From Candidatus Omnitrophota bacterium (GTDB lineage Bacteria > Omnitrophota > Gorgyraeia > B26-G9): 64,000 nt of DNA. Where the stretch lies: contig JBDRJV010000007.1 in NCBI GenBank assembly GCA_043814605.1, positions 131,354 through 195,353 of the forward strand, given 5' to 3'. Below are positions 11,028-19,985 of the stretch, piece after piece; the stretch's first letter is position 1; the number at the start of each line of letters is the position of its first letter. Below the pieces are notes generated by a model that saw nothing but the letters and a program-made list of their open reading frames with translations, searched no databases and was not told the DNA's origin. The position numbers and the translations under genes are program-made.

Positions 11028-11621
11028 ATGGATATTAATTTTGCCCGCATAATCGGAATAATAATTTCGGCTGTTTTTGTTAATAATTTTGTACTGACAA
11101 GATTTTTAGGCCTTTGTCCTTTTATCGGAATTTCTAAAAAACTGGATGTGGCTTTAGGCATGGGAATATCGATGACTTTTGTGGTGAGCTTATCATCCGC
11201 GCTAACCTGGCCAATTTATCATTACGTTTTAGTTCCGTTTAATCTACAGTATTTAAACATCATTACTTTCATTTTAATTATTGCTTGTTTTGTCCAGCTG
11301 GTGGAAATTTTTGTGCGGAAATTTAACCCTGTTCTCTATAAGGCACTGGGGATTTATCTGCCTTTAATTACTTGTAATTGTGTTGTTTTATTTGTGACGT
11401 TATTAAATGCCCAGAATAATTTAAATTTTATAGAAAGTTTAGTGCAAGGGTTTAGTGCCGGTGTGGGTTTTGCCTTGGCGTTGATCTTAATTACAAGTAT
11501 CCGGGAACGCCTGGAATTAGCCCAGATCCCGGAGAGTTTAAAAGGTGCGCCGATTGCATTTATCATTGCCGGCTTAATGTCCCTGGCTTTTTTAGGTTTT
11601 AGCGGTTTAACCGTAGATTAA
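11028..11621 (+). CDS. rnfA: Electron transport complex subunit RnfA/RsxA
   Basis: NNFVLTRFLGLCPF, LGIYLPLITCNC. Confidence 0.9.
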   Translation: MDINFARIIGIIISAVFVNNFVLTRFLGLCPFIGISKKLDVALGMGISMTFVVSLSSALTWPIYHYVLVPFNLQYLNIITFILIIACFVQLVEIFVRKFNPVLYKALGIYLPLITCNCVVLFVTLLNAQNNLNFIESLVQGFSAGVGFALALILITSIRERLELAQIPESLKGAPIAFIIAGLMSLAFLGFSGLTVD

Positions 11622-11639
11622 GAATATCCTCATAAAATT

Positions 11640-12290
11640 ATGAAAGCAAAAATTAGAAGGTATTTTATTACCGGTCTTGTGGTGCTCTTACCTGTGTCAA
11701 TTACCATTTATATCATCACTGCTTCCATAAAATTTATTGATAATATTCTGGGCCGTTTTATTAATCATTATCTTGAGGCTTTTTTCGGTTTTTCTTTTTT
11801 TGGCGTAGGAATTTTAGCGGTTGTTTTATTAATCTTTTTCGCCGGAATATTAACGGCCAATGTTTTTATTAAAAAAATTGTTCCTTATATTGAGAGACTG
11901 TTTTTACGCGTGCCTTTAGTTTATCAAATTTATCCTGCGATAAAACAATTAGTTAAATTTTTATTTTCCGAAGATAAACTGGCATTTAAAAAAGTTGTCT
12001 TATTTGAATATCCCCGGAAAAATGTTTTTACCATCGGGTTTATCACCAATGAGTTTAAGCAACAGAATCTTAATGGCCAGACTATGGATGCTGTTTGTGT
12101 TTATATTTCTTCTGCACCGAATCCGATTACCGGATTTTTTGTCATCGTTCCGAAACAGGATGTAACTGTTCTGGATATCTCAATTGAGGAGGCTTTCAAA
12201 ATTATTGTTTCCGGCGGCGTACTCATGGAGCAAGATGCTTTAAAAACTAGTAAGCTTACCCACCAAGATATTCTTGATCAGCCAGAATAA
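11640..12290 (+). CDS. DUF502 family membrane protein
   Basis: YFITGLVVLLP, VLFEYPR, PNPITGF, IVSGG. Confidence 0.85.
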   Translation: MKAKIRRYFITGLVVLLPVSITIYIITASIKFIDNILGRFINHYLEAFFGFSFFGVGILAVVLLIFFAGILTANVFIKKIVPYIERLFLRVPLVYQIYPAIKQLVKFLFSEDKLAFKKVVLFEYPRKNVFTIGFITNEFKQQNLNGQTMDAVCVYISSAPNPITGFFVIVPKQDVTVLDISIEEAFKIIVSGGVLMEQDALKTSKLTHQDILDQPE

Positions 12291-12336
12291 ATTACAAGCT
12301 AAAGTTTAAAAAATTTTATAAACAAAAGGAAAATCT

Positions 12337-13470
12337 ATGAAAAAAGTTTTGATTATCCACGCCTCAGCCGGAGCCGGACACCGAAAAGCAGCCGAAGCTT
12401 TAAAAAGTTCTTTTTCGGCTAATCCGGCTCAAGATCTTGAGGTTACGCTGATTGATGCTTTAGATTACACCAAAAATATTTTTAAAAAATCTTATGCACG
12501 CGTCTATATATTTTTGGTTACTTATGTACCGTTTATTTGGGGCATCATTTTTCATTTTTTAAATTGTGAATTGCTGATGCCGGTAATCCGGCCAATACGC
12601 TTTTTTTTTAATGCTTATTATGGTAAACAATTAATTGAATATGTGGTAAAGCTGCAGCCGGATATAATAATATCAGAGCATTTCATGGCCGCGCAGTTAA
12701 TGGCAAATTTGAAACTTAAAAAAAGAATTAATTCAACTGTAGTTTGCGGAGTTACTGATTTTGGGGTGCATGCATTTTGGATCAATCCGGGTACTGATTA
12801 TTACCTGGTGGCCAGTGATTTAACCAGGGATGAAATCATAAATAAGGGGGTCAAGCCGGAACAGGTTTTTGTTACCGGAATTCCTGTTGAGGGAAAATTT
12901 TCTCAAACACCGGATCGGGAAGGTCTTTTTAAAAAGCTGGAATTAGAGCCTCATAAGTTAACCGTGCTGGTTGCTAGTGGCGGGTTTGGTGTGGGTCCGA
13001 TAAAAGAGATTATTTCCGGCTTAGATCAGATAGAAACGGATTTACAAATTGTGGTAATCTGCGGTAAAAATAAAATATTATTTGAGGATTTTAAAAAGGA
13101 AACTTTTATAAAAAAAGTTAATGTGTTTGGTTATGTCCATAATATGGATGAATTTATGGAGGTCGCAGATTTAATTGTGACAAAATCCGGCGGCTTAACC
13201 GTATCTGAATCTCTAGCCAAAGGGCTGCCGATGCTGATTATAAAGCCGATTCCCGGCCAGGAAACACGTAACGCTCAGGTTATGGAAAAATATAATACAG
13301 GTATCCGTTTAAACAATGTGAAAATGATTGGTAAAGAGGTTGGCTTATTGCTAGAAAATAATCAGAAACTTTTAATTGAAATGAAAGCTAATACTAAAAA
13401 AATAGCGAAACCAAATGCCTCCGATAGGATATGTCAATGGGTCAAGAGCGATCTCTTAAAGATGAATTAA
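12337..13470 (+). CDS. MGDG synthase/UgtP-like glycosyltransferase (GT28)
   Basis: ASAGAGH, HAFW, TGIPV, TKSGGLTVSE, PGQE. Confidence 0.88.
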   Translation: MKKVLIIHASAGAGHRKAAEALKSSFSANPAQDLEVTLIDALDYTKNIFKKSYARVYIFLVTYVPFIWGIIFHFLNCELLMPVIRPIRFFFNAYYGKQLIEYVVKLQPDIIISEHFMAAQLMANLKLKKRINSTVVCGVTDFGVHAFWINPGTDYYLVASDLTRDEIINKGVKPEQVFVTGIPVEGKFSQTPDREGLFKKLELEPHKLTVLVASGGFGVGPIKEIISGLDQIETDLQIVVICGKNKILFEDFKKETFIKKVNVFGYVHNMDEFMEVADLIVTKSGGLTVSESLAKGLPMLIIKPIPGQETRNAQVMEKYNTGIRLNNVKMIGKEVGLLLENNQKLLIEMKANTKKIAKPNASDRICQWVKSDLLKMN

Positions 13471-14135
13471 ATCAAATTACACAGGAATTGAAAATGCGGT
13501 TTGCTTATGAAAAATTCTTTGTGGACAGTTTTATTTTAAAAGGAAATCAGGAAAAACAAAAAAAGGGAAAAAGTAACACTACTGATAAAAATCAATTAGT
13601 TCAGCTGCTTTATGCGCAGGTAAAAAAATGCAGGCTTTGCGATATATCTAAAACAAAAAAGAATACTGTTTTTGGCGAGGGTAATTTAAATGCTGAGATT
13701 ATGTTTGTCGGCGAAGCTCCGGGTCATGATGAAGATTTGGCGGGAAAGCCTTTTGTCGGGGCGGCGGGAGGGTTATTAACTAAAATCATTTTGGCGATGG
13801 GGATGAAAAGAGAAAATGTTTATATTACTAATGTATTGCGTTGCCGGCCGCCAGGAAACCGTAACCCCCAGCCGGAAGAAGTGGCTTGCTGCCGGCCTTA
13901 CTTAATTGAACTCGTAAAAATTATTCAGCCTAAAATAATCTGCACTTTAGGTAAATTTGCCGCGCAGGCACTTCTCAATGAAACAAAACCGATTTCTCGT
14001 ATACGGGGTAATTTTTTTGAGTTTGCCGGAATTCCATTAATGCCTACGTATCATCCTGCTTATTTATTAAGAAACCCGGAAGATAAAAAACTGGTTTGGC
14101 AGGATATGAAAAAAATTATAAAATTCTTATCTTAA
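13431..14135 (+). CDS. Uracil-DNA glycosylase family 4 (start uncertain)
   Basis: CRLC, VGEAPG, CRPPGNRNP, TYHPAYLLRNP. Confidence 0.9.
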   Translation: MSMGQERSLKDELNQITQELKMRFAYEKFFVDSFILKGNQEKQKKGKSNTTDKNQLVQLLYAQVKKCRLCDISKTKKNTVFGEGNLNAEIMFVGEAPGHDEDLAGKPFVGAAGGLLTKIILAMGMKRENVYITNVLRCRPPGNRNPQPEEVACCRPYLIELVKIIQPKIICTLGKFAAQALLNETKPISRIRGNFFEFAGIPLMPTYHPAYLLRNPEDKKLVWQDMKKIIKFLS

Positions 14136-14136
14136 A

Positions 14137-15030
14137 ATGAAACTAGCAAAACTGATTGATGAATTTTTAAATTACTTGTCTTTAGAAAGAGGGTTATCTC
14201 CAAATACAATTTCTGCTTACCAAAGAGATTTAAACAAATTTGGTGTTTTTTTAATTAAGAAAAGATTAGCAGATGAACTAAACCCTTCGCGGGATGATTT
14301 TATTTCGTACATCTATGAATTAAAGGAGCAGAACTTGAAATCAAGTTCTATTGCCCGGAATATAGTGGCTTTGAAAATGTTTTATCGTTATTTAGTTTCG
14401 CAGCAATATGTAAAGATGGATCCTACCGAACTCCTAGATTCACCCAAGCTTTGGAAATATTTACCGGATGTTTTGTCTATTGCAGAAGTAGATAATTTTT
14501 TAAAGGTGATCCGCGGTAAAAAAATAAAGGATATTCGCGATCATGCCTGCTTTGAATTAATGTACGCAACGGGGATGAGGGTTTCGGAATTAGTGGAATT
14601 AAAAATGTCGGATGTTGATTTAAAATTAGGCATAATTCGTTGTTTTGGCAAGGGGCAGAAAGAAAGGATTGTTCCGATGGGGCGTTTGGCGCAAACAGCT
14701 TTAGTTGATTACATGGAGGGAGCCAGAGAGCAATATTTAAAAGGAAAATTATCAAAGCATGTTTTTTTATCTAAGCACGGTAAAAAACTCAGCCGGCAAA
14801 TGATTTGGAAACTAATTCGAAATTATGCGCTTTTGGCAAATATAAAAAAACATATTTCCCCGCATACGCTCCGACACTCTTTTGCAACACATCTTTTAGA
14901 AAAAGGTGCGGATTTAAGGATCGTACAGGAGCTATTAGGACATAGTAATATTTCAACAACCCAGATCTATACGCATTTAAATAAAGACCGGCTAAAATCT
15001 ATTCACCAAAAGTTCCATCCGCGTCCTTGA
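14137..15030 (+). CDS. xerD: Tyrosine recombinase XerD
   Basis: ERGLSPNT, YATGMRVSEL, HTLRHSFATHLL, LLGH and TTQIYTH catalytic motifs. Confidence 0.9.
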   Translation: MKLAKLIDEFLNYLSLERGLSPNTISAYQRDLNKFGVFLIKKRLADELNPSRDDFISYIYELKEQNLKSSSIARNIVALKMFYRYLVSQQYVKMDPTELLDSPKLWKYLPDVLSIAEVDNFLKVIRGKKIKDIRDHACFELMYATGMRVSELVELKMSDVDLKLGIIRCFGKGQKERIVPMGRLAQTALVDYMEGAREQYLKGKLSKHVFLSKHGKKLSRQMIWKLIRNYALLANIKKHISPHTLRHSFATHLLEKGADLRIVQELLGHSNISTTQIYTHLNKDRLKSIHQKFHPRP

Positions 15031-15056
15031 CAAAGCTGGCTGATACTATATATAAT
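15027..15056 (+). promoter_or_regulatory. Sigma70 promoter for tRNA-Arg
   Basis: TTGACA-N18-TATAAT, overlapping the xerD stop codon. Confidence 0.65.
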
Positions 15057-15114
15057 CTAATTTCTTTGGATTAAAGTTATTTTACTTAATCCAGAACATT
15101 TTTAACTGTATATT

Positions 15115-15189
15115 GCCCCCTTAGCTTAATGGATAAAGTGCAGGCCTCCGGAGCCTGGGATGGGAGTTCGATTCTCCCAGGGGGCGCCA
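15115..15189 (+). tRNA. tRNA-Arg(CCG)
   Basis: Acceptor stem GCCCCCT/AGGGGGC, anticodon arm CAGGC-CTCCGGA-GCCTG, TTCGATT loop, encoded CCA. Confidence 0.95.
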
Positions 15190-15300
15190 AATTACTTATT
15201 AGTAGAATAGAGATGGCTATTTAGCCCAACCCACAAAAACCTGATTGCTGCATTTGATATCTTTCAGCTGTGCTCAGGAGAAAATAAGGTTTTAAAATTT

Positions 15301-16587
15301 GTGAAAAAACAATTGACGCAGGAAATCAATAAAAACGTTACCCCGATAATTAAAGCTCTACTTAAGAAAATAGGTAGAATTGCTGATGTGCATAAAGTGC
15401 GAGTGTTTTTGGTGGGCGGGTTTGTCCGGGATTTATTGCTGGTGAGAAATAATTACGATTTGGACTTCGTTGTCGAATCCGATGCTATTGAATTTTCCCG
15501 GATTATGGCCAAAGAATTAAAGGCGGATTTAAAAATACATAAGCGGTTTAAAACCGCAAAACTTAGTTTGACGAATGGATTAATTTTTGATGTTGCTACG
15601 GCCAGAACTGAATGCTATAAATCCCCGGCCAGCCTGCCGGTAGTCACGCCAAGCTCATTAAACAAAGATCTTTGCCGCCGGGATTTTTCGATTAATTCAC
15701 TGGCAATTGCTTTAAATAAAAATAATTTTGGGGAACTAATTGATCTTTTTCAAGGGCAAAATGATGTTAAAGAAAAAAGAATAAGAGTTTTGCATAATTT
15801 AAGTTTTATCGAAGATCCGACGCGAATATTCCGGGCAGTAAGATTTGAGCAAAGATTCGATTTTAAAATTGACAAGCCGACTGAAAATTTAATTAAAACT
15901 GCGGTTGGTTTAAATATGTTCGGAAAATTACAGAAGTTTCGTATCAGCGAAGAATTAGTTTTGCTTTTGAATGAACCGCATCCGCTTAAGTGTATCCGGC
16001 GTATAAATGATTTATGCGAGTTAAAATTTATTCATCCTAAAATTAGATTTAATAAAAAAATGATATACCTGTTAAAGGCAGCAAAAGAGATTGTTGCCTG
16101 GTATAGAGTAAATTGTAATTTTAAACAAGCAGAGTGCTGGATCGTATATTTGCTTGTAATTTTAGATGGGATTGACTTAACGTCAGCTGCGCAGATATTT
16201 AAGACTTTTAGTTTTAGGAAATATGTCCAGAATTGTATATTTAGCGCTAAGCAGAAATGGCCGCAGGTTTTCGGAATAATAACCGATGCTTCTACCCTAA
16301 CGGTGAGTGAAATCACGAGAATTCTTAAGAGCGTGCCGATTGAGGCAGTTTTATTTTTTATGACTAAGGCCGCGAAATTAAAAAGGACAGAAATTTTTAT
16401 TAAATTTTTCACGGTTTATGATAAGATAGAACTGGATATTTCCGGTCATGATTTGAAAAAGATAAGTTCTGTTCCGGGGCCGAAATTTAAAGGAGTGTTA
16501 GAAAAAATTCTTAATGCCAAAATTGATGGTAAACTCAAAACACACGCAGATGAACTAAACCTTGCGAGAAAATTATTATGTTCCTAG
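15301..16587 (+). CDS. cca: tRNA nucleotidyltransferase (CCA- or A-adding, PolyA_pol family)
   Basis: VGGFVRDLL, DLDFV, RRDFSINSLA, EDPTRIFRAVRF. Confidence 0.88.
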   Translation: MKKQLTQEINKNVTPIIKALLKKIGRIADVHKVRVFLVGGFVRDLLLVRNNYDLDFVVESDAIEFSRIMAKELKADLKIHKRFKTAKLSLTNGLIFDVATARTECYKSPASLPVVTPSSLNKDLCRRDFSINSLAIALNKNNFGELIDLFQGQNDVKEKRIRVLHNLSFIEDPTRIFRAVRFEQRFDFKIDKPTENLIKTAVGLNMFGKLQKFRISEELVLLLNEPHPLKCIRRINDLCELKFIHPKIRFNKKMIYLLKAAKEIVAWYRVNCNFKQAECWIVYLLVILDGIDLTSAAQIFKTFSFRKYVQNCIFSAKQKWPQVFGIITDASTLTVSEITRILKSVPIEAVLFFMTKAAKLKRTEIFIKFFTVYDKIELDISGHDLKKISSVPGPKFKGVLEKILNAKIDGKLKTHADELNLARKLLCS

Positions 16588-16859
16588 GAGTGATCAGTTT
16601 TGAATTGTTTATTTCAGATTCTGGATCGCTGAAATCTAAACGCCAGGTTTTACGTACACTTAAAGATAAAATCAGAGCTAATTTTAATGTATCCGTGAGT
16701 GAGGTTGGTTATCAGGATAAATGGCAGCGTGCAGAACTGGCTGTAGCTTGTATTGGCAGTGATAAAAAATATGTTAATGGACTGTTAAACAAAATTAATG
16801 ACTTACTGAGGAGTTGCCATCGGGTGCAAGTCATTGATTCCAGAATGGAGATGTGGTAA
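16578..16859 (+). CDS. DUF503 (YlxP) family protein
   Basis: SLKSKRQV, FNVSVSEV, DKWQRA; lies upstream of rbfA. Confidence 0.88.
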   Translation: MFLGVISFELFISDSGSLKSKRQVLRTLKDKIRANFNVSVSEVGYQDKWQRAELAVACIGSDKKYVNGLLNKINDLLRSCHRVQVIDSRMEMW

Positions 16860-17233
16860 TGACGCAAAGACAGGAAAAAGTAGCCCAAAGAATAAAACAA
16901 GAGGTTAGCACGATTATCCATGATGAAATAAAAGATCCGCGGATTGGATTTGTGACAATCACCAAGGTTGAATTAACTCCGGATCTGCGATTTGGTAAAG
17001 TGTTTTATAGCGTTTTAGGCGATGATGCACAAAAGAAAAGTGCTAAAGAAGGGCTGGAAAGTGCTTATAAATTTATCCGTAAGCTTTTAGGGGAACGGAT
17101 AAAACTTCGCTATACTCCGGATATCGTATTTAAAATTGATGCTTCTGCAGAATATAGCATAAAGATGAGTCAAATTTTTGAAAAATTAGAAGAGGAAAGA
17201 AAACAAAAGGAAGGCCAGGATAATGACGGATAA
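16859..17233 (+). CDS. rbfA: 30S ribosome-binding factor A
   Basis: EIKDPRIGFVTIT, IKLRYTP; the ATG overlaps the upstream TAA. Confidence 0.93.
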   Translation: MTQRQEKVAQRIKQEVSTIIHDEIKDPRIGFVTITKVELTPDLRFGKVFYSVLGDDAQKKSAKEGLESAYKFIRKLLGERIKLRYTPDIVFKIDASAEYSIKMSQIFEKLEEERKQKEGQDNDG

Positions 17234-18224
17234 AGAAGTAACCACGATTTTAAGTAAAGTTAACGAGCTCAATAATTTTTTAATCATGGCTCATATTAAT
17301 CCAGAAGGTGATTCTATTGGCAGCCAATTAGGCCTGGCTGATTTATTGCGGCAACAGGGCAAGAAATATCGAATTATCAATGATGATCCTGTTCCAAAAA
17401 ATTTGATGTTTTTGCCCGGCGCAGAAAAGATTGAAGAATTTGGAAAAATAAAGGATCAAAATTTTAATATTTATGATTTTGATGCGGCGATTATTTTAGA
17501 TTGTCCGGTTTTAGAAAGGATCGGTAAAATCAAAGAAAAGCTGGAAAACTTAATGATTATTAATATTGATCACCATTTCAGCAATCAAGCCTATGGAGAT
17601 ATCAATTGGATCCAGACACAAGCTTCATCTGCAGGAGAAATGGTTTATGAAATGTTTCAATCCTCAAAGGCAAAGATAGACCGGCAGACTGCAGTTTGCT
17701 TATACACGGCAATCATGACGGATACTGGTTCTTTCCGCTACACAAATACAACAATAAAAACGCATTTAATTATCGCAGAATTATTAAAATTAAATGTTAA
17801 TCCTACCTTAATTTATGAATATGTCTATGAAACAAAATCTTTTGCTGCTTTGAAATTATTAGCTCAGGTATTATTAAATATGCAAAGATCAGCGGATGGA
17901 AAATTTATTTGGTTTAAAGTGACAAATCAAATGTTGCTTGAACATAATTTAACACAGGAGGCAACCGAAGACTTTATTAATTTTGTGCGGATGGTTGAAG
18001 GAACAGAAGTTGTGGCTTTTTTAAGAGAATTAGCGCAGCCAAACGTAACAAAGGTTAGTTTGCGTTCAAAAAAAAATATTGATGTAAATAGTATTGCCCG
18101 GGTTTTTAGCGGTGGCGGGCATAAGGCGGCCAGCGGATGTATAATCAACGAAAATATTCAAAAAGCAGAAAAGCTTTTAATCAAAGAGTGGGAAAAAATT
18201 TTTAAAAGCAGGCTGGGAGAGTGA
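17223..18224 (+). CDS. nrnA: DHH/DHHA1 oligoribonuclease/pAp phosphatase NrnA
   Basis: HINPEGDSIGS, IDHH, TDTGSF, SLRS, GGGH. Confidence 0.88.
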   Translation: MTDKEVTTILSKVNELNNFLIMAHINPEGDSIGSQLGLADLLRQQGKKYRIINDDPVPKNLMFLPGAEKIEEFGKIKDQNFNIYDFDAAIILDCPVLERIGKIKEKLENLMIINIDHHFSNQAYGDINWIQTQASSAGEMVYEMFQSSKAKIDRQTAVCLYTAIMTDTGSFRYTNTTIKTHLIIAELLKLNVNPTLIYEYVYETKSFAALKLLAQVLLNMQRSADGKFIWFKVTNQMLLEHNLTQEATEDFINFVRMVEGTEVVAFLRELAQPNVTKVSLRSKKNIDVNSIARVFSGGGHKAASGCIINENIQKAEKLLIKEWEKIFKSRLGE

Positions 18225-18233
18225 CTTTTCACA

Positions 18234-18926
18234 ATGGATATCGCGGGAATTTTACTAGTGGATAAAAGCCGGGGAATGAGTTCCCATGATGTTGTGAATG
18301 TTTTAAGGCATAAGCTTAAGATTAAAAAAATCGGCCACGCGGGAACTCTGGATCCGGAAGCAACTGGATTATTAATCATGCTGGTATCTCGGGCAACCAA
18401 ATTATCGGATTTATTTTTAAATTGTGAAAAAACCTATGACGTGCAATTAACACTGGGGATAAAAACAACCACAGCCGATATTACCGGAGACATTATAAAG
18501 AAGGAGAGCATTCCTGGTCTCTCAGATACGCAGGTTAGGGAAGTTTTAAATTCGTTTCTGGGCAGGACAAAACAAATCCCTCCTATGTATTCGGCAAAGA
18601 AAATTAAGGGTGAAAAACTTTATAATTTGGCCAGAAAAGGCATAAACATCCCCCGCCCGGATCAGACAATTTATATTTATGAATTAAAAATAAAGAAAAT
18701 TAATTTACCCTTCATAGATTTTACGGTCCGATGTTCTAAAGGAACGTATATTCGTACACTTTGCGAGGATATGGGTGAAAGATTAGGTTATTGTGCAGTT
18801 ATGAGTGGTTTAAGAAGAACCGCCTGTGGAGATTATGATATTAAACAAGCGATTACGGTTGAAAATATCGAAAAACTTAATGCCGCGCAGTTAGCAGCAA
18901 ACATCATAAGTATCAAAGGGATATGA
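18234..18926 (+). CDS. truB: tRNA pseudouridine(55) synthase
   Basis: GHAGTLDP, PPMYSA, CSKGTYIRTL. Confidence 0.95.
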   Translation: MDIAGILLVDKSRGMSSHDVVNVLRHKLKIKKIGHAGTLDPEATGLLIMLVSRATKLSDLFLNCEKTYDVQLTLGIKTTTADITGDIIKKESIPGLSDTQVREVLNSFLGRTKQIPPMYSAKKIKGEKLYNLARKGINIPRPDQTIYIYELKIKKINLPFIDFTVRCSKGTYIRTLCEDMGERLGYCAVMSGLRRTACGDYDIKQAITVENIEKLNAAQLAANIISIKGI

Positions 18927-19858
18927 AAGTAATTACCGGTATAAAAAATTTTAAAACGAAAAATTTAAAAAGGCCAATTGTTGTAGCCATTGGTAATTTT
19001 GATGGCGTACATATTGCCCATAAAAAAGTTATTAAGAGTGCGATTAGCACAGCGCGGCAATTAAGGGGAACCAGTGTGGTGCTGACGTTTGATCCGCATC
19101 CATTGAAAGTTTTGAAAATAAAAGAAAAAATGCCAATTTTAACCAGTAAAGAACATAAACTAAGTTTAATTTCGGAAATTGGTCCAGATATTTGTTTAGT
19201 GGCTAATTTCAGAAAACAATTTGCGGAAAAAGAGCCGGAGTATTTTACAAAGAATTTTTTAAAGCAAAAAATAAATGCGGATTTAATTATTGTAGGTAAA
19301 AAGTTTAATTTTGGGAAAGATAAATCCGGGGACATTAAATTTCTCGCAAAACAGGGTGAAAAATTAGGATTTAAAGTAAAACTAATCACGGCATTAAAAA
19401 AATCCGGTGTAACCATAAGCAGTACTTTTATCCGCAACTTAATAAAAAATAGTGAATTCAGAAAAATTAAATCAATGCTCGGCCGTGATTTTAGTGTTGC
19501 CGGCCGGGTTATCCGGGGTGATGGCCGGGGGAGAAGATTAGGATTTCCTACTGCAAATATTGATCCAGGTCAGGAGGTATTGCCCGCAGTCGGGGTTTAT
19601 GCCGTAGAAATTAAAATCAATGATAAGATTTTTAAAGGGATGCTAAATATTGGGTTTCGGCCTACTTTTTATAAAAATAAAAAAATACAAATTATGGAAG
19701 CGAGTCTTTTTAATTTTAAGAGGAATATTTATAATCAAAAAGTTGAAGTTATTTTTAAAAAGAAAATTCGTAATGAAAAAATATTCCGAAATATTGAAAA
19801 ATTAAAAAAACAGATTGAAAAAGATAAGAAAAAAGCTATAAAAATTCTGAATTCGTAA
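18923..19858 (+). CDS. ribF: Bifunctional riboflavin kinase/FAD synthetase
   Basis: GNFDGVH, ISSTFIR, GFPTAN, NIGFRPT. Confidence 0.95.
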   Translation: MKVITGIKNFKTKNLKRPIVVAIGNFDGVHIAHKKVIKSAISTARQLRGTSVVLTFDPHPLKVLKIKEKMPILTSKEHKLSLISEIGPDICLVANFRKQFAEKEPEYFTKNFLKQKINADLIIVGKKFNFGKDKSGDIKFLAKQGEKLGFKVKLITALKKSGVTISSTFIRNLIKNSEFRKIKSMLGRDFSVAGRVIRGDGRGRRLGFPTANIDPGQEVLPAVGVYAVEIKINDKIFKGMLNIGFRPTFYKNKKIQIMEASLFNFKRNIYNQKVEVIFKKKIRNEKIFRNIEKLKKQIEKDKKKAIKILNS

Positions 19859-19945
19859 ATTTTATCCGCTTAATTCCAGCCTTGCTCAAATTGAGCTTAC
19901 TCTTTGCCCCAAAAAAACTTATGTTTTAATTTTTAGTTAAATTTG

Positions 19946-19974
19946 TTGACGAGATAATTGTTTTGCGGTAGAAT
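19946..19974 (+). promoter_or_regulatory. Sigma70 promoter of lysC
   Basis: TTGACG-N17-TAGAAT ending 11 nt before the ATG. Confidence 0.6.
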
Positions 19975-19985
19975 TAAAATCTATT

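Noticed and set aside
14137-15189. Tyrosine recombinase beside a tRNA as a prophage/island integrase
   Set aside because: The sequence is a typical chromosomal XerD within a housekeeping operon; no att duplication or phage genes are visible.
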